Shown: positions 40,001 to 53,689, counted from the stretch's first letter. The stretch: 64,000 nt of DNA from Phoronis australis (GCA_002633005.1 NMRA01000150.1:530453-594452), one strand, 5' to 3'. Numbers and translations are program-made. Notes: generated by a model not told the origin, from the sequence alone.

Positions 40001-43000
40001 AACAGTCCTTTTAAGGACCAAAACAAAAAATGACATTTTGTTCCCTCAGTACTGTGTTAAAAAAGTAAAATGATCATGAAAGCGCCCTCATGTGGGCTGT
40101 ATCAGTCACTGATCCCGAAACAGCCCTCTTGCATATTTTTTGTTGGTGGCCATTGACAAAAAACTGTGACTGACCTGACCACTGCCTCAACAGTTTGGGG
40201 CGAGGTTCTCTCTCATCTAACTGACCATCCGACTCTCCCGATAAGATATCTTGTCGCTTGCTTGGTACAGAGTGGCGTTCCCTGGAAGCACATGGTGCTA
40301 TACGGACCAGTTGGTTGAAAGAGGGTGGCCGGTTGCCATACAACAGGTCAAGTGTCTGGTCGTAGTCTAACTCAAAGAATGGTGCTCTCACTGACTGAGA
40401 AATGTCTTGTATGACACGACGAATTTTCAGCGAGTCATGAGTGAGCTTGTCTTTGAAGAACAAGGATATTCGACGTTTTGTGTCGTCCACTGAAACAAAC
40501 AAGAGATATTCAAAACAAGCAAAACAAACAGTTTTGCAAGTTCAACAATCTATGTGTGTACATTATCATCCATTTTTTTCATACTTACAATTCATAATTG
40601 CTGGTGCAGATGTTTAGTAACACCACGTGGATACACTTAGTACACAGAACTAAACCTTCCCCAATGCACAACTATATACAGTAGTAATTTTTCAATTCTG
40701 ACACAGTCTCTGGAATTTGCAACACTAATATGTATTGGTTCTAAAAGTTGGGACATGGGCGATTTTATCGTTCATCATATTATTCAAATTTCGGACACAG
40801 TGAAAATAGACTTGGCAGTTACCATTTATAATGAAGTCACACGAAATAGACTTGGCAGTCACCGTTATAAAGTCACAGGAAATAGCTGCCTACACAGTAT
40901 TTATATTTGTGCCCGTAACTTGTAACGGGTAAAAGATGATTTGTTTACCTGACATAACTTGTAACAGGTAAAAGATGGTTTGTTTACCTGACATAACTTG
41001 TAACAGGTAAAAGATGGTTTGTTTATCTGACATACGCTCTGGTTGAAACGAAGCCACTGGTTGTGAAAGTCACGTTCTCGCGAACCACCAGGAATGGTTG
41101 TTAAACTAACAGCGATCACTGATCTATGCAGATGTTCAACTTGTTCATAGATCAATGCAGTTTTTCAACATGTTCACAGATCTATGCAGCTGTTCAACTT
41201 GTTCAGAGATCTATGGAGCTGTTCAACATATTCACAGATCTCTGCAGCTATTCAACTTGTTCACAGATCTATGGAGCTGTTCAAAGTCAAAAAGTAGGTC
41301 ACACCAGTTCAGTGTACATTTTTAAAACCTATATAAATACACAGTGACCATGTTGTGGTTAGGGAGAGAACAGTGTTTACTACTAACATAAAAATTTACT
41401 TTGAGTTTTGAATTTTTGCTGTGGAGATGACTTGTGGTGCTAAATGTATTCTAGAATACATAAACCATCGAATATAGAAAGTTGCTTTTTGCTTTTTTTC
41501 TGCATAATTAATAATGATTGGGAAGGTTGGTCTGGTTTTCTTTTCTTATTCTCAATGTATATGTGTATGCGTTGCCTTTTTGTTGTACATTCACTTTGCG
41601 ACTTACAAGCCCATGTTGTGGCTGGGTAGCATTTGCTACAGGTCACTAAAATACATGATTTATTGAGTGATTGATTGATTGATATAGACACACAATACTA
41701 ATCAAGCAGATGTCTTGAAGCCTTACAGTTCTGTGTAGTATCGAATGCCTCCTGAGGTATACTCAAATGATCACATATACCCTGGCAGCAGCCTACTTTG
41801 ATGTAGACAAAGATGGCAGGCAAGAAGTCTCCAAAGTGTACAAAGCTATACTCAATGTCTTCTTTAGGGATGACCAGATCTCTCTTACCTGAAACAGACA
41901 ACAGAGGTCACACCAACCAGTCAATGGTCTTTTGGGTCACCTCATTAAAGGAACCATTTGTCACATTTGTTCTGTGTTATGAATTCTAATCAAATCATGC
42001 TACTGATTTACAAAAAATGTACAATATTTTCATTTTCAATTCATGTTCTGTACACAGAATTACCCCAAAAAACAACCATGGAAATGTCAATAACTACGTC
42101 ACTGATCAAACTGTTGTGTAGATTCCATTTTAAAAGTAAAGCAGTTATTCACATAACGGTAATTTACCACATATTTGCCAGACTTGTAATCAAATACCAA
42201 GACTATAACATTAGATACCGTTCCTTGGGATACCACAGACAATCATTAAGGTATATAGTCATTTCTTTAACAGTTAATAATAATGCACCGTTTTTTCCCT
42301 CAGACACTTACTGTATGAACTATTACAGAAAAATACGGTGTTTCAAGGATGGTGTATGGACTATTAGAATGTATGAAATATAAGAAAAATTACAGTACTC
42401 CTAGACTTTTGAAGACAATGTTGAATGATACAGACCAGCCACACTATCATGATTATCATGATTATCATGAGTACTGCATGGGGCCAAGATACTTACATCA
42501 CTCCCAAACAAATGATTTCATTTTCTTACTAAATGAATTAAACCCCACAAACATATTTTTTGACATTGACCATTACTCGACAGTGTCTGGATATGACATC
42601 ATAGCTGCACCCAAATGAATATTGTGTAGGGTCTCCTGCTTCACCCTAATCGGTGGCAGGAGACAATAATCGATGGATTTTGTCATGAATATTGAATTTG
42701 CATAGGGCGATTTTTGGACTAAGAAAAAATGTGTAAAAAATTAATTCGCAAATCTCTTTGTGTCACGTGTAAACTAGCAACAGGTGCTCCTCTATGACGT
42801 GCTTCACATGAAACATTGCCAGATAAATCCATGTATTTGTTCAAATAACTTTGACTCCCAAACTAGCAACATTTTACAATTACCTACAATTCTTGGAAAA
42901 TCTACAACTGAACACTTGACTAGGAGAGAATAAACTTAAGTAGTCATAGTAGACATGATTTACGGTCATGAAAACACTTACTAAAATGTGGTACTTACCA

Positions 43001-43122
43001 TCAATGGATATGTAGAAGCCAACATACGTAAAATAGACAGATGATGGATACTCTTTATGTATACCTATTCTCACTTGAACACAGCTGAGAGGTATGCTCT
43101 GTTTGTATATCACTGGCTCCAT
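27423..43122 (-). CDS. ~1986-aa putative SUMO E3 ligase: SENP6/7-like PH domain(s) + SIM-rich disordered region + NSMCE2/Mms21-type SP-RING
   Basis: Exons 43122-42999, 41888-41727, 40489-40175, 38506-35063, 33927-33799, 32140-30721, 29033-28949, 28032-27860, 27531-27423 are all GT-AG, phases match, and total 5961 nt with no internal stop. The C-terminus CPFTGMTMVQPVKNKVCGHSYD...RNKKAPCPLVGC matches the NSMCE2 SP-RING as recalled. Confidence 0.8.
29190..30260. mobile_element. Interspersed repeat with degenerate ~150-200-bp internal units (Helitron/Helentron-derived-like)
   Basis: Recurrent GGCCACTAGGAGGTGCTGCA...AAGTTTCATTGAAATCTGTC blocks. Family assignment is inference. Confidence 0.45.
32755..32980. 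repeat. 30-bp and ~18-bp minisatellites
   Basis: ATTGACACTAGGGGGCATAGCTAT units, then GGCAGATAGGGAGGTGATAT units. Confidence 0.8.
33935..34330. repeat. 36-bp minisatellite (~11 copies) abutting an acceptor site
   Basis: GTATAAAGACAATATTGATAATGAAGAGTCTTCA(A/T)A repeated. Confidence 0.95.
34540..35080 (-). repeat. 32-36-bp minisatellite (16 copies) made of an exon end plus splice donor
   Basis: Minus-strand unit TATGTATCTCAAGGCTAGAGA(C/T)G|GTGAGTGA. Confidence 0.95.
35870..36290 (-). repeat. Coding 30-bp minisatellite (10-aa repeat, VSVS[GTC]PDTSA-like)
   Basis: Visible in both DNA and the 1153-aa ORF. Confidence 0.85.
38870..39200. repeat. ~60-bp minisatellite
   Basis: GACAATCAGTTCCTAAAACTGACAATCGGTAATTCGTTG..GGTGCCAGGGGG units. 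Confidence 0.85.
40915..41285. repeat. 38-bp and ~30-bp minisatellites
   Basis: TAACTTGTAACAGGTAAAAGATGGTTTGTTTACCTGACA x3, then AGATCTATGCAGCTGTTCAACTTGTTCAC units. Confidence 0.8.
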
Positions 43123-43284
43123 AACTTACATATCAAGGTAACTGTAATGAAGAACACACTATAATAATATAACTGAGATAAAACCTGTGTACAATAGGTC
43201 CCCTAAATAACTTGTCTAGAATAACAATAAAATTGGTTGAAAACAGTTGTGTTTACCACTAGCTCCAGAATTTAAGAAATGGTT

Positions 43285-43560
43285 CAGTGTAATAATATAG
43301 CTCACAACAATCACAAATGCATAATGTATTACATGGCTCACAGACTCATGGGGTGTAATATGGCTCACAGCAATCACAAATGTACAATGTATTACATGGT
43401 TCACTGATATCATACAGAGTAATAATGTGGGTCACAGCAATCACAAATGCACAATGTATTACATGGTTCACTGATATCATACAGTGTAATAATGTGGGTC
43501 ACAGCAATCACAAATGCACAGTGTATTACATGGCTCACTGATATCATGAACTCACAATGT
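43285..43560. repeat. ~60-bp minisatellite
   Basis: CACAGCAATCACAAATGCACAATGTATTACATGG units. Confidence 0.8.
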
Positions 43561-45659
43561 AATAACACAGCTCACTGTAGTCATGAAGGCACACTGACAG
43601 TAATAAAATGGCTCACTATAAACATGAAATACACACTGTTATAATACGGCTCAACGTAATCATGAAGTACACAAAAACAAAAAAGAATCAGTCTGATGTG
43701 TTTTGCACAGCCTCATAGTTGGGCCCATTGCACAAAACACCCGAGCTAAAACTCAAAAGAGCCATTATCGATTAATAGCTTCTTCGTGAAAAAAGTTTTC
43801 AAGTCTGCCATCTTTTGTAAGACAATAGACGTACTTTTCCATTTGTTGCAGGGATATAGACGTGATTGCTCCATAGCCTATAAAAAGGTAGGCAAGACTC
43901 TATCATGTGTTTAAAAGTTTGAATGTCCGCACCACGTCCAGGACACATAACTGGGCTACCTTATATTAGTTTTTGGCCAAACTAGAGTTAAGAAGTGGAA
44001 AACAAAAATGATGCTATAGTGCAGCATGTCAACAGCGTGACATTTTGTTTTCTGTATACTATTGTTAAGCGGAGGATGATACTTGATTAATATTGAAACG
44101 TTGCGTTCATGCTACACTCTAACATCGTTTTTGTTTTTCGTTTCTTACAGCTATGCATATGCCCAGTGATGCGTCTGTGTCAAACTAAATTACAGTGACC
44201 AGTTAAAATTTGAATGACTTGTCTTATGCCTATCTGTCAGGTACCTTTTGGTTTGATCACATTGGGAAAGTTCTCTGTGGTTTATCTATAGGGATTAAAC
44301 AATACCCTTTGGGCTGCTGACAGGGTACGTTACCCAGCTGAGTGCACTCATCCCGAAGCATTCGTAGCATATCGGAACAGCAGAACACTTGCTCCTATCT
44401 TTGGAGTCCGTTTTTTCATAGCCGTCAATAGCTATAATGACCCCGATCCAGGAAATATTGAGAGTTCTTTAAATTGAAAGATTGCTAAGCTTATTATTCA
44501 CTAATTCCAACCTTCAAATGACCACCAGCTATTTAGTGTTCTCCACAATAAAAATTCCAAACTTAAAGCAAATTTTCATTTGCCATACATCACACTTTCT
44601 TTGTAACAATCAACACAATGGGGATAGGCCTACCTATTTCTATGTTTTCAAATTGTTACACTAAAATGGTATTAAGATTATCTCAAACCTTATTTAGAGG
44701 CCTCCATTCTAACTCGTATATCAAAAAGGCTTTGCTCTTAAAAGTCCATCGTGACGCAACACAAGTTTGTAGTAGTATCGCTCTACCCAAGATACACCAC
44801 GCTGGTCACAGTCCTTCGTGACCCAGTATCTGACTAACATAAATTCCTTTGGCTGGTCACACTTCTCCGTGATGCAACACGTGTAGGCAGTATCTTACTA
44901 CCCAAGATTCCTCTTGCTGGTCACAGTCCCCAGTGACGCAACAAGTGTATAGTATCTTATTACCCACGATGCAAGTGAAAAGTTCTTAGTTAACGTCTTG
45001 TTCGTTAACTCTTACCCTTGCCAAGATGCTATTTAGAATCTTCCAAAAGATGGCTCTGTGGGACTATTTCTTCAGTACACTTCAACTACCAAATTCCATC
45101 TGGCTATTTTCCAGTCTTCTGTCCAAATTACAATAATGCACTTAGGTAACAACTGTTTAATAAAAACCACATGGTATCTAATCACATCATTGGCTATTAA
45201 AATCTAATCTCAGAAATTTCTAGAATCCCAATAGTACATTGACCCCAGAACAAACATCACCCAAAAATACAGTATGTAAATATCAAAAGTACATGTAAAC
45301 AAGTTTGACCCCATGGTTTTAAAAGTACATATGCACAAATTTTGAGCAACATCAATGTAACTAAGTCTACTTATTTCTTAATCACCATTCATTCTTACAC
45401 AGATGTTGGGTTAATCAGTTGTAGAAACTGAGAGTAACACAGCTTTAACTGAAACCATTTTAATTCACATATTTCCTTAGTATTGAGGGCTCACAAAAAC
45501 AATAAAAATACTGACCCCAGAGTAAACTTCGTGAAAATGTGGTCGACCATGCAGATATCATACATAGCCAATATTGAAAATAAAATTAGTTGACATACAA
45601 TAAATGAAAAACGTAGTAATACTACATTTCTGAAAACGCATGATTAATTGTCAAACATA

Positions 45660-45870
45660 TTGTACACTGCAGGAACTATTTTGTACACTACAAGAACTAT
45701 TTTGTACACTACTGGAACTATTTTGTACACTACAAGAACTATTTTGTACACTACTGGAACTATTTTGTACACTACAGGAACTATTTTGTACACTAAAGGA
45801 ACTATTTTGTACACTACAGGAACTATTTTGTACACTACAGGAACTATTTTGTACACTACTGGAACTATTT
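45660..45870. repeat. 21 bp x10 minisatellite
   Basis: TTGTACACTACAGGAACTATT. Confidence 0.95.
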
Positions 45871-48800
45871 TTCCATGATAGCTTCGTGTTCCAATAAATA
45901 AAGACAAAAGTGGGCATACGAATTATCAGAGATGACAGTCACATGATGAAATCATTAGGGATAAAATATTGATAATAACAATGAATTACTGAGGACGATA
46001 GCCTCCAAGATGGTGGTTTGGCAATGTCAATAGTACTAATTTAATGCTTTCGTACTTTATTTTCTCCTGCACTGAGTTTGCAACTGCAGCACACTAGATA
46101 TAACGTATATTGGAAAAAAAAATCATATAGCGTGTGATATCTATTTACATACATAAAATTATTGTCAGCGCCAACTTGCATCAGATTTTGCCTCAAAAAA
46201 TTCCTCGAGCTACCGTATTTTCTAGATAAATATTGTAAGTAAACTTCATGTTAATAAGACGAAAAATACATTCTCTAGCACCAATATGACGGGCCAACAC
46301 AATGCAGCTAGACATAAGTCAAGAAAAATACTGTCATCTACGGTAAGCAGTAAATCTCGAATATCTTGAGAACCACAAGTTATAGCGAGAAACCGGTTTT
46401 ACAATGCCATAGTGCACATATCAAAAATAACAAACAGATCCATCAAGGGATGCCAATGATACAACAAAAACTCATTTAATTGGAGAGTAGTCATCCGCAA
46501 ACTTAACTAATGACAAATGGGTGCCACAACACCATCTTGTTTCTAATTTTAGGGAAAAAAACAATAAGCAACTTGCAGTGTATATACGAACAAACAAAAA
46601 ATAAAAAAACAACAAATTTTATGACAAAGTTGTGTAGAATACGGCTCCAGTAATGTGGGGATAGGTCATAGTAGTATAGTTGTGGTTACCCGGTTCTTGG
46701 TTGAACAGTAGATAGTTGGCTAACAAGGTAGCAACAGCAAGTCAATGGAGAGCAGCATAAAAACTAACACAGTTGTTGAGTTTCTACTGACACACAAAGT
46801 TTATTAACTCTAGCTACAATATATATAGTGAATAGAAATATGTGTGGGTTGTGAGTGCAAAACAACAACAATATTGAGAGTTCCTGTGATTTCATCCAAC
46901 TCATAAACATGAATGGAGTCTGGACAGCTGTTTGGCATATAGGGTTTCACCATGAGTGGGCAATGGTCACTGACATGGTAAACAACAACACAAGATGTCC
47001 AGGAATTGTTATATAACATAAACTGTTTTGTTGTGATAGTTGTAGTCATAGGAAATGATGAAATTTGCACTTAATTAACTTTGTGAGAATTCATGACATT
47101 AAAGGTAACAGATTTGGAGAAATTTCATTTCACCATGTAACAAGATTTTCTAGCAACTAAAATTCTTACGTAACACACGATATCAATTTCACACTTACTT
47201 GCACTCATAGGAGCTGATTATAACTCAATAAACAGCCAACAAATTTTAATTTGTGACTTAATACAATCAAAGTTACATCACAATTATTTCCAATGAGTTT
47301 AATTATCTGTATTATGTACATGTCACCAACATAGACAAGGAAACAATGGATTAAGTGATATTGGATCAAGTGATATTGGATTGAGTGCAGATATTAACTC
47401 AACACAAAGGCCACCACTCACTTGATTACAGTTATGGTTACTGTAACAACAGCTTTACAGGCACTTTCCAGTGAATTGTTTAGTAGCATAGCAACAATTT
47501 TATTTGCCACATAGCAAAGCTTGTAGGCAAACAATCAAGTTCACACATGTTTTCCACATTTTAACCCCATTCACAAAACCTGGCAGTAAGTACCAAGCAA
47601 ATTTCATATTGGCTGAGTTACAATAGGCAACCACAAAGCCTAATAGTTGGGAGTACAGTTATCAATACTCCTATGCCTACAACAGTCCTGATTGGCTATA
47701 ATTGGGTCAATCATGTGAACAGAACATGTTAGTACTCATGAGCTTTCCTTTATGTTCACATGAACACTGAGTGGGTAATCAGACCACAACCACATGGTCA
47801 TTTGTTCAATATTAATGAGTCATATGACCTTTGGCCAATCACATCTAAACTCTTACCCTGACCCAGACTTTATTCTCCACTAGCAATCTTCAGTTAACAA
47901 AGACAGCAGCTGCTGGCTTATGGTGATTTAGAAAGCAAATAATAGAACCACAGTACAAGACAATTACCATTAAATGTGTAAATTGTAGGAACAAAAGCAG
48001 TGGCCACAAGATGATGTGGAATATATGTCATTTATTGCTTTCAACCTTAGCAACCAATATTGGTTCCCAGCTACTAGAGGATTGGCTAAATTATACTCCT
48101 TGGGCACGCTCCAGGCAAAGCGACTTAACTAAAACAAATGTTAATTTTGACTAACTTACCCAAAGCGAAACTTTCAATGGAAATGGAAATTTATTTCAAG
48201 AAATATATTTCAAGTTTGACATTAAATTTTTATTTGAGTTTTGTTTTACTTTTGATAGACTTAACAGGTAAGCAAGTTTCGAAGTTAAGAAGTTGAGACA
48301 AGTTTAAGACTTAAGAAAAAATGAACTTGCAGTTCCTTGTAATGCGCCGGCTGATATGCAGGGACTTAGAACGTGCCCCTGTTACAAACAGCAGTAGTCA
48401 TTAAAGGCGTTGTGTTAAAATAATTTTCACAAGCATATATATGCTGCAGTGTTATCTTTTCATCAGTAATAAACTTGTTCGGTAAATGGCTTACCTATAA
48501 CCTATCCAACATCGAGCTCAGCTCAGATATCTCCCACAATACCCAGTTTATCACATGGTGAAAACGTAAACCACATTAAACAAAGATTTTTCTTGCCAAA
48601 TTTGCACTGTGCATCAATACGTCATTCCGGCTGGGCAAACAATGCCTCATGGAAGTTTTTCATTAGTTTTGAGCAGCGCCAACAAATGGAGCAAGTTTGC
48701 GCTTAGATTTATCTAGTTTGCATCTTCAACAATTTTGACGACATTTGTACAGCAGGTCAGTGCCAGAATTTTGACATTTTTTCACCTGACATTTTCTCCA

Positions 48801-49544
48801 ATTTCAAATTGCGAACTTAGCTACAAGAATGCATGTCAGTTAGAGAGTGCCAATTTAACTCTCACTTCGGTAACAAGCCTTACTGTTGCAGGAAATTCTT
48901 TGAACTTTGGGTCAGAGTACTTCGCTCTCAAAGGTTGTGGATGACCAGGGCGACTCTGATCCAGAGGTTAATGGTTTTAAGGAGAACATATGCCCAAAAT
49001 TTGCAATAGTTAATTGACTCGTACACAAATAAGTTTCGATCAATGTACATTGCTCAAATGTTTTGCTGGTGCTGAAGACCGGCAGAGATACAACATTCTG
49101 GACCAACTTCAAAAATTCCTGTAAAATGCTGGGATTTACCAGAAAAAGGAAAAGAAAAAGGAAATAAGCTAAGAGGTTATAATAATAGTTACAGCTAGAC
49201 TGTGCATCATCACGGCCATTACCCAAAGCCAGAGACTGTTAAGACTGTGACAATATTTTGGCACTAAGCACGCTAAAGCTAATTGTCCTTCTTACAGCTG
49301 ACCAAAAAGTTGCACTTAGCGTCTCTCTGCCAAGACATGTCATGCTTAAACCTCCAAGACAAATCAAATCAGACCAACGGCAATGTCAGACAAGCTACAA
49401 GCTTCATAGTGAAAGTAGCTTTTGAAAGATCCTTACTATCAAAACATCTGACTGTGTAACTCAATCACGATAGTCAATGCCATTACTATCCAAAACATCT
49501 AACTGTGGAACTCAGTCATATTTATTTATTCATTTTTATTTTAT

Positions 49545-49790
49545 TTATTGAGAACGAGAATTTCTTTAAATATATGGGACTAATATATGATCAAAATCTT
49601 AAATTCTCTCACCACATTGATTATATCTCGAAAAAGGTGCCTAAGAAAATTGGCGTATTGAAACGCATCAGTAAATTTTTTAACAGAGCAACACTGAAAA
49701 CCCTTTTTATGCTATCATTCAATCTCACCTAGATTATTGTCTCCTGGTGTGGGGCATTGGATCAGACAAGGATATGAAACCATCCAGGTT
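49545..49790 (+). mobile_element. LINE (CR1/L2-like) ORF2 fragment
   Basis: FKYMGLIYDQNLKFSHHIDYISKKVPKKIGVLKRI, then DYCLLVWG after a frameshift; typical of the RT C-terminal/thumb region. Confidence 0.75.
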
Positions 49791-49809
49791 ATTTTGGCTA
49801 GGGTATGCT

Positions 49810-50418
49810 ATTGGTAAATCCACCATTACATTCCGACTATAGTATATTGTTGGTAAATCAACCATGATTATATCCTGACTACGGTATACTGTTGGTAAAT
49901 CAACCATTACATCTTGACTACAATATACTGTTGGTAAATCAACCATTACATCCTGTCTATGGTATACTGTTGATCAATCATTACAACCTGACTACGGTAT
50001 ACTGTTGGTAAATCAAACATTACATCCTAACTATTGTATGAATATATTGTCGATCACATCAGTGAACTCACCAAAACGGAAATACAGCAGAGTCTACTAA
50101 ATGTCATAACTGGACAATACAATATTAGTTTATTGTTGTAATACCGTAATGAGGCTATGCCCTCCACGTCTGATCGAGGTCTTCAGAAACTTAAAAAGTG
50201 CATGAAGGCATATTTCAGTCTTTGGCAGAGCCTATCACAAGTAATATGCAAGTTTGCAAAACTTATTACAAGCATTATGCAAGAATTCTCAGGGGGTAGC
50301 CAATATGACAGAACCTATTACAAGTATTATGCAAGAATTCTCAGGGGGTAGCCAATATAACTGAGTTTATTACAAGTATTACGCAAGAATTCTCAGGGGG
50401 TAGCCAATATGGCAGAAC
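49810..50418. repeat. ~38-bp (49810-50030) and ~51-bp (50235-50418) minisatellites
   Basis: TGTTGGTAAATCAACCATTACATCCTGACTA units; ATGCAAGAATTCTCAGGGGGTAGCCAATAT units. Confidence 0.8.
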
Positions 50419-50965
50419 TGTAGGGAGTAGCCCATCATAGGCAGATGTAGGTATGGGGCTGGGTTCATCACGTGAGTGCTACCAAAAGTAGTATTCAAGG
50501 CACTGGCTCTCGAGGCAGAGTCAGACCACGGCAGAGGGAGACCACGACAGAGTGACACCACGTCATAAAGGCAGTCCAGGCTACAAAGACAAGAACCACC
50601 AAGGCCGGAAGAACACTTCGTGTGATCAAGAAGCCAAGAAGAGTGACACAACTAGAGGTGTAGATACTTAGACACGGGCATTGGTCTCAGCCTGAGAGTC
50701 AATTTGAACCAGACTAGCGATTGATCCAGAGGGTTGGTTCTGTCCTGACTTTTGAAGTGTTAACACGTACGGTAGCTACGGGACTTTAGTTTAGTACCTT
50801 CACCAGTAGTGATATCTCGTAATAGATCACTTAGTCATCAGTCTCATAACTTAATGTAATCTGTTGGTTTTTAATCACAATGCTGCAAATCAATAGACGT
50901 ATTTTATTTGTTCAGGTATTCGTGTGTATTTACTACCACGTGCGTGCCATCTGTCGGCTGCAACA
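50419..50965. mobile_element. Possible solo LTR
   Basis: GC-richer block bounded by TGTAG...CAACA that abuts a minisatellite; no TSD found. Confidence 0.3.
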
Positions 50966-51959
50966 CACAACAATATACCACATTGTCATGAAATGTTAAA
51001 AAACTGAATCATTTCCATTAGACCACTGTAAGACAATGCGCATAGTATATTATCATTAAAAATCAGCAAAACATTTATTCTCATCCACTTATTGACGTAC
51101 ATGTACCTTCACTTTTCTGTCTAAAAACAACTTAATTTATCTAGAATTCAACTGTTTAATGGGAATTTGGCGCCAAGGTAATAATCATCCATTTCGTGTT
51201 TAGATGTGTTAAATTTAAGACTGTCCACTTTAAGTGACCAGCATGTAAAAGTGGTTACAACCATCCCCAAGTAGGAAGGCACTTAATATCCAGCTTTTAA
51301 TCATAACTTAAGTGAAACCGAGGATATGACATCAAGCAGTCTGCACTGTACTAGCCATGAACAAAGACATGTTTGAAGGCTTAGGTAACAAGGGGCACTA
51401 AGCAATCCAGTTCAAAAAGACAAGCCAAGTCAAAACAAGATGCAATGTGCTCAGAACTACAAAAATAACTTTGAGAAATGAAAAAGATTAGAATCCCAGA
51501 GTACAGAGTCTTGCAACCTACTGATGGGGTAAATTTGGCAGTATGTCAAACAAACCAACTGATTAGGTAAACTGCAGTATAAAAGTCAAACAACCAACAA
51601 GAAAGTCTTAAGCCACAAGTCTTCAACGAATGCATCTCAATACCTAAGTTCAAAATGCCAAAGTAAGATGACACCACTCTACAGTTTAGCAAAGTTGTAG
51701 TTTTCTTCATCTGCAACGCAAAATATGGCTTCTTACAGATCGAGCATGATAAAGAGTAATCACTAATAACGACTTTTCACACCCTCTACTGGTGGAAAAG
51801 GCTCTTGCTTAGAATCACATCTTTTCCAGAGGAATTTCAAAGAAGAGTTTGAGATGGAGCTTCCAACTCATTTTCGAACAAGATAGTACAATCATTGTTG
51901 AACAAGATAATACACCGGAATTGTGCTGCAATTCAAGCAGAACTCAAGCAAGATGAGAA

Positions 51960-52125
51960 TTCAAGTGAAGTATCATGGGAGAAGTCAAGTGTCATGGCAG
52001 AAGTCAAGTGTCATGGCAGAAGTCAAGTGTCATGGCAGAAGTCAAGTGTCATGGCAGAAGTCACAAATGTCATGGCAGAAGTCAAGTGTCACGGGAGAAG
52101 TCAAGTGTCATGGCAGAAGTCAAAC
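51960..52125. repeat. 19-bp minisatellite
   Basis: GTCAAGTGTCATGGCAGAA. Confidence 0.9.
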
Positions 52126-53294
52126 ATCATAGCAACATGTTGACCAATAACTGGCTTGCCAGATGCCCGCAAAGTCGCAGTATTATATGCCGCATCCCAA
52201 GGAACGAAAGAGTCCAAACGGACAGACACAGAATTCTTGCCTCAGCTTAGTGATGCAAACTTCATTGGTCAAGTCATCATAAAGTAGTCTTGACTACTCT
52301 CAACAAGCCGATAGCTACACGCCTCAAATTTTTATTTTTATGATTCTGGTCAGAGCTTTTGTTTGCTTTATATTTCTCATATCTTGATGCTTTGGTACAG
52401 TATTGTCAATTAGAAATTGTATCAACCAATACTTACCACAGTGTATCAACTAATACTTAGCACAGTTTAAATTGTTGATGTGCTGAAGTTCTCTTTTTAT
52501 CTCGTCGATCTCTCTTCTATGTACTTCTTTGTTCACGTTTTCACTGTTTTTCCTTTGAATGCTGCTTACCAAATTTTTCTTGTTTCATTGGAATTTTTCA
52601 TCATATATTTTAGCCCAAATCTGAGGAAAGCAATTTCCCCCTGCCTAATACGTCTAGATGTACACATAACAACATCATTTACAACATCATACCAACTGTA
52701 GGTGTTGTGTAGGAAGACCTCATTAGTGGGAGAGGTGGGGGGGATCTCCAGTCAGCGACAAAGGTTTAAGCAGATGTCTTATGTTTTGCATTAATTTATT
52801 TACTTTAGTTACACCAGTCTTTAATAGATTATGGGTGCTTTCCCACACAGTTAACTTCTCCACTATCGAACCTTCAATATTAACTGTGAATTTAAGTGTT
52901 ACTATTCCCATCAGCTTCAGAGTTATTCAGAAAACTAATTCCGCAAATTAAGTGATCATAAAGTGACCTTCACATTTCACTAGTATGAACGGTGAAATGT
53001 CAGCTGCTTGTGTTACATTTTAGACTGCATTCTTTACCCTTTTGGAGAAGATGCCAGCGGCTAAGACACCAATGCCGATGAATAAAAACATATCAAAAAC
53101 AGTTGACAGTCGAGAAGACTAACAGCTGATTAAATCCATTTCTGTACTCCAATGGGAAGGTCTGGTCACGCTACAGTCCATTCTTTGTGATTAAACCCCA
53201 GTGACTTCATTTGCGTAATTGGGACACAGTATTGTTGCAGATGTGCTTCCGGTGAATCATAGGAGTCTCTGTCAGCCACTCGCTAACGGGCAAT

Positions 53295-53420
53295 TGTCTA
53301 TTAGCTGAATGGTCAGCACATTCGCTGGTTTTATCGGGGTCGCTGGTTCAATTACCCCGGTCGGGTAATCTTGGATATTACTACAATATGATACTAAAGT
53401 TCTATAAAGAAGTGTGTTCA
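53295..53420 (+). mobile_element. Degenerate tRNA-derived SINE head
   Basis: TAGCTGAATGGT (A box) ... GGTTCAATT (B-box-like); no complete cloverleaf. Confidence 0.4.
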
Positions 53421-53689
53421 AATTCATGAACATGATCAAATGTTAATGTCCCTACTGTGGACAGTTTTTGTGTTAGTCTTGGAATAAATGCACTGAGTTA
53501 CCAATAATCCAAAATGAAAAGTATTGCCTACTGGCAGGAGTAATTTGCTCACCACGACTGATTAGGATGCTTTATTGTCGTAAGTCCCATATAGCATTGT
53601 TGTACCATGACCACTAACTTTACAACCAAAATGTCAATTGCAAAGATTATTGACCACTATTTGGCATTTAAGAGGGGTTTTATGAGGCA

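Noticed and set aside
40175-43122. Calling the N-terminal exons SENP6/SENP7
   Set aside because: No C48 peptidase domain or His-Asp-Cys motifs appear anywhere in the model.
45660-45870. Short tandem arrays here and elsewhere (33935, 51960, 58094, 62590) as CRISPR arrays or repeat-protein ORFs
   Set aside because: Head-to-tail units with no unique spacers, no cas genes and a eukaryotic intron context; the ORFs over them are open only because the units lack stops.
48912-49130. Alternative coding exon in frame with the 55597 donor (SILQEFLKLVQ...)
   Set aside because: Stops after ~70 codons, has no recognisable homology and no supported donor.
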